This document shows, in pieces, positions 59,535 to 64,000 of a stretch of DNA of 64,000 nucleotides. The translations under genes were made by a program, and so were the position numbers. The number at the start of each line of letters is the position of its first letter. Position 1 is the stretch's first letter. The stretch is taken from contig JBHGNT010000119.1 of the NCBI GenBank assembly GCA_043228905.1, positions 1 through 64,000 on the forward strand. The letters run 5' to 3'. The notes beneath the pieces were generated by a model. The model saw nothing but the letters and a program-made list of their open reading frames with translations, was not told the origin of the DNA and searched no databases. This stretch comes from Azolla caroliniana. Lineage: Eukaryota; Plantae; Polypodiophyta.

Positions 59535-62500
59535 GTAGAAATTTTCTGCTTCTCCGGCAACGGAGGGTGCATGATAGTCCGCATCGTTGGGCGAGAAAAG
59601 ACAAGGGCGGAAGTGCGACTTCGAGCGTGCGGAGTTCTCGGCCCGGACGAGGAAGTCAGCGGAGCCGTGGAGGCGGTCTCCTTCGACGACACCTTGGGGA
59701 TGCCGAGGAAGGTTGCCGGAGAAGACCTTAACGAAGACCGGACGATACCGGTATGTTCCGAAGAGATGTACGAAGTCATCGCGAACTTCAGTCGGGGGCT
59801 CGGGTCGGATCGGACGGCCCTAGTTAGCACAAAGTACAAGGCTGTGGACCGGAAGATAAGGCCAGTCGCGGCACCCTTGCCGGAGGGCAGCGAGTCCCGA
59901 ATCAGAGGGGTGGCGTCGGACCCCAGTTTACGAGACCCGGCCTGGATAGGACACACCTTCACCGACGGGACGCTCCAGGATCTCAAGATCGGTGGGGGCG
60001 GGTTCCTACTGTCTGCGGAGGAAGACCGGTTTCGGAAAATGCTCGGAAGGCACGGGAAAGCCTTCGCATTCTCGCCGGAAGAAATCGGGTGCGTAGACCC
60101 GACGATCGTGGAGCCGATGGTGATATTCACGGTACCACATGTATCGTGGAATCTCAAGCCAATTCCAGTACCGAGAGCTCACATCCCGAAGTTGATGGAG
60201 CTATTGAGGCAGAAAGTCGATATGGGTATTCTCGAACCGTCGCGCGCGCCATACTCGAACCGATGGTTTACCGTACCAAAGAAAAACGGAACATTGCGCT
60301 TCATTCAGGACCTGCAGTCGGTCAACAGAGTGACCATCCGGAACGCAGGAATCGGACCGACCATAGACGAGTTCGCGGAGGCCTTCGCCGGAAGGTCGAT
60401 TTACTCGGTCGGTGATCTGTACTCGGGGTACGACCAGTTCCAGCTAGCCGTGGAGAGCAGAGACATTACGACAATGCGAACTCCCCTCGGCCTAGTGCGA
60501 ATGTGTACCCTGCCACAAGGAGGGACCAACTCGGTGGCCCACATGGTGAATGCAATGAACAAAGTACTGAGGGATTGCATCCCGGACATCACCATGCCGT
60601 TTCTAGACGACATCCCCATCAAAGGGTGCCCGGTGGAAGAGAAGGACGAGGCACTCGGGCCGGACGGATGCCGGCGATTCGTAGCAACACACATCAACGA
60701 CTGCGAGAAGGTGCTACAAAGGCTAGAGGATGCGAGGCTCACCTTCTCCGGGGAGAAATCGGCCTTCGGGCAATCAGAAATCCTGGTGGTGGGGCATCTA
60801 TGTGGACCATATGGCCGGAAGCCGTCTCCGGCAAAGGTAGAAGCCATCTCCGCGATGAAGACCGACTGTAGCTCGGTTACGGAAGTTCGGAGGTTCCTGG
60901 GGGCATGCGCGTTCTACCACATATGGATCCCGCATTACGCCCACGTTGCGAAGCCACTATACGGTTTCCTGAAGAAGGGGCAAAGATTCGAGTGGCGAGA
61001 CGAGCACACGGGGTCGGTCCGGAAGCTGAAGGAAGCTCTTGCGGCAGCACCGGCGCTCCGGAAGGCTGTCTACGAGAAGGGTACCCCGGTATACATAACG
61101 GTGGATACGAGCCCGACCGGGATCGGATGGGTCGTCAACTAAGAAGACGAGGACGGCACCCGGTTCCCGATCCGATTCGGCGCTAAGGTCCTCAGTGACC
61201 GACAACGAGGGTACGCCCAGGTTAAACGCGAGCTCTAGGGTATCGTTTCGGCGGTAAAGGCGGACAAGGACTACCTGATCGGGACAGAAGTGATTATCGA
61301 GACGGATTGCCTGCCGATTCTCGGCATGGTTTCCGGATGCGCGACACCGGACCTGGCGATGCTCAGGTGGATAGCGTACATCAAGTCCCTGGACCCGGAG
61401 ATACGACACATTTCCGGAAAGGACAACACCATGGCCGACATGCTTTCGAGGGCGAGGTTTGATGACGAGGGCGACCGGACTTCTTCGAGGCGGCGTACGT
61501 GACGACCGATGGGACGAGCACTCCGGCACTTAACGACTTCGACGAGAGCAAGTACGACGGCGAGTGGCTCCAGATCGGTGGATTCTTGAGGACAATGACG
61601 CCGGATGCGTCATGGACGAAGGACGAGGCCAACCGGATCCGGAAGAAAGCTTACCGACTCTTTCTCCGGGACGGATACTTATGGAAGCCCCCAAAGAAGA
61701 GGGACAGCACTCCGCTCCGAGTGGTGGCAATGCAGAAAGAACAGGAGGAGCTGCTGACGGCCTACCACGACAGCCCTTGGGCCGGACACCGTGGAACCTG
61801 GGCCACGTTCGAGAAGATAAAGGGGAAGTACTGGTGGCTGGGACTGTACCGGGACGTGCATCGATTCGTGACAACTTGCGAGAGCTGTCAGATGCACTCC
61901 ATAGTCCGACACCGGGACGAACTTCACCCTACGTACCCTCCGACCATCCACTTCAAATGGATGGTAGACCTGGTAACGATGCCGATAGGAGCAGGACAGA
62001 TGCGGTATCTGGTCCTGGCTCGGGAAGATCTAACGAACCAGGTGGAAGGCCGGGCCCTTCAGAACAAAACGACTGCGGCCGTATGTCGGTTCCTGCTCGA
62101 GGACGTAATATGCCGGTACGGATGTGTCGGGAAGATCGTGGCTGATCGCGGGGAGTTGGACGCCGAGGAGGCCAAGGAGCTGTTCGACCGGTTAGGGGTC
62201 AAGCTCTCGCTTACCACTGTGTACAATCCAGAGGCAAATGGGAAGGTGGAGCGCGGACACGGACCGATCGTCAAGGCGTTAGTTCGGGCATGCGGAGGTC
62301 AAGTCGGGAACTGGCCGCGGCTATTGCCTTACGCGTTGTGGGCTGACCGGACTACGCACAGTTCGGTAACCGGGTTCATGCCGGCAGAGCTCATGTTTGG
62401 GCAGAAGCCGATCATGCCGATCGAATGTACGGTCTCCTCATGGGCAACCGTGGACTGGAGAGACGAGATGAGCCGGGAGGAACTGTTGACGGCGCGCATA

Positions 62501-62902
62501 CGACAGCTCGAGCGGAGACCGGAGGACGTGGAGTAGGCTGCGGAAAAGCTTCGGGTGGCCAGGACGAGGAACAAAGCCCGGTTCGATCGGACGCACCGGC
62601 TCCGACCGAAGAAGATCGAGGAAGGCAACTGGGTGCTAGTCTACGACAGCAGCCTCGACAACCAGCACCGAGCGACGCGGAAGTTCCCAAGAAGGTGGTT
62701 CAGGCCTTACGTGGTACAAAGCGCCAACGACAACGGGACGTACCATCTGGCGGAACTCGACGGCACGAGAGTGGCGATACCGGTAGCTGGGAAACGGATC
62801 AAAGTGTTCAAGAAGCGTCACGACGACAAGCCGGATCCGGTTGACCTAGACAGGGACGACGAACGATCCGAAACCGAGGAAGAACCGACGGGCGGGGAAT
62901 GA
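59535..62902 (+). pseudogene. RT-RH-IN pol of ACGT-family copy 1, with stops (61140, ~61236, 62534) and a deletion near 61470
   Basis: ORFs 59571-61142, 61290-61502, 61499-62536 and 62555-62902 are colinear pol segments. Confidence 0.88.
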
Positions 62903-64000
62903 AGGCTAGACCGGTTTTCTCCGTCCCAACACAATTGGCGCATGCCGGTGGATGCGCGGTTAGGTGGGGGCGGATGTCGTGAAGAAAACCGACCACGAGC
63001 GGAATCGGTGCACCGGAGCGTAGAAACCGACTCTTCATGCACGTGCGACTTAAGTTGAACATAGGAGATCCTAGGTAGATTCGGTAGGTAGGGAGTAAAG
63101 GGGAAACGGCTCCTTCCTTGCCTATAAAAGGAGGGAGACGAGGAGGGTAGAAGGATCGCGGAGAGTCGAGGACGAAGTGCTGTCGGTTTGCGTGCGAAGG
63201 CTTCTCTCTCTCTCTCTCTCTTTCTGGTTGCAAACGCCATAGCTTCCTTTTGTGCAGGTTTCGAGGAGGCCGCGCTGCTCTGAGGAATGCCCGAGTGCTT
63301 CCGGCAGCACCTCCAACCTACTCATTCCCCTCTGTGCGTTTACGAGCAGGCATCGGCATCTGTTCGCCGGCCTGTTCGGTTGTAACCAACTTCGTGTTTT
63401 GTTGACTTCGTGTTCTTGTTGTTTGTCTTGTCAATACATACATACTTTCGTGTCTTTCTGTGTCGCTGTCCCACTCGCGTCTTTGCGTCGAAGGGCCGTG
63501 TCCCTGTGAATCTACGCTCGCACGTAGTGGGTCTACCTCTCTTACTCTTCGGTACAGGACCCCCGAGGTCCCGCCTCACTCCACGCATCCGCGAGGAATA
63601 CCTCGACAACGTGTGTGAGCATCTCTCTCTTTCCTCCCCTTTTCTCACCTATTCCTCGGTCCAAGACCCTAGTGGTCCCGCCTTGTTCTCCACACACGCG
63701 CGTAGCAACGCGACAACGTTCATAAGTTTTCCTTTCTGCCCGACATGGCTCATGGGAACTTCACCGACATTCGCGATCAGATGCGGAGTGTCGTCTCCAA
63801 TTGCGACTACTCCTGGTTGCGTCGGTTTCTCAAGGTATGAGAACCACTCCTTGTGGCACGTCATGTGGTTTGACGGGCCGGAGTTGACATACAACACCTC
63901 GTCTGATTTTGGGGCGGACTGTTTCATTGAGTTTGCTTCGTGTCTCGTCACGAAGACTGACCCTTTTCCGGCTTTTCTGGATCCTTCGGCATAGTGCGAT

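Larger units (their letters stand above)
46606..63608 (+). mobile_element. ACGT-family gypsy, copy 1, full length. LTRs 46606-47241 and 62975-63608, TSD ACGT, PBS(Trp) 47246-47262, gag-PR 47286-47476 plus 57500-59435, pol ~59432-62902 with a few lesions
   Basis: acgt at 46602-46605 and 63609-63612; LTRs differ by about 5 substitutions and a (TC) indel; gag knuckle, DHG protease, RT FLDDIPIKG, RH, IN. Confidence 0.96.
46032..63715 (+). mobile_element. Solo LTR of the ACGT family (46032-46605 plus 63613-63715), split by copy 1; TSD ACGT
   Basis: acgt|tgtcgtgaagaaaacc ... cgcgaca|acgt (46028-46031, 63716-63719); no internal domain. Confidence 0.9.
37952..64000 (-). mobile_element. Copia family A, copy 4 (host of the right-hand nest). 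3' LTR 37952-38389; internal segments 38390-41515, 45567-46031 and 63720->64000; continues past the window end
   Basis: RT ORF 39297-40472 (KARLVAKGY, QMDVKNAFL, LYVDDL); IN ORF 40596-41414; GAG-pre-integrase/zinc finger 45567-46029; protease 63720-63951 joins in frame (LMNV|LH) across the ACGT TSD. Confidence 0.93.

Noticed and set aside
59539-59545. Second slippery heptamer A_AAT_TTT
   Set aside because: A further -1 shift enters a frame that stops at ~59572, and the heptamer is not conserved in copy 2

Overview
Land-plant nuclear DNA, probably from a non-seed plant such as a fern or lycophyte (inferred from the Tcn1-like chromoviruses). Positions 1-5.8 kb hold the 5' part of a minus-strand Yellow-Stripe-Like (YSL/OPT) transporter gene: 7 coding exons visible, a probable 2.7-kb 5'-UTR intron and a microsatellite-rich promoter. 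From about 6.5 kb to the end the window is a nested retrotransposon stack. It contains four members of one Ty1/copia family whose pol reads on past a duplicated PPT, a second internally deleted copia, two chromoviral Ty3/gypsy elements (one with a Tf1-type self-priming signature), and a 5'-truncated RTE/RTEX-like LINE with a 6x140-bp tandem array at its 3' end. It also contains four insertions of an unusual tRNA-Trp-primed gypsy family and one apparently intact, very young Athila-like gypsy with an extra ~1000-aa ORF. The most striking signal is the tRNA-Trp gypsy family: every readable junction is at ACGT (4-bp TSD), it has a DHG protease, and a covarying -1 frameshift structure lies between protease and RT. 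All structure and lineage calls were made by eye, with no database searches.
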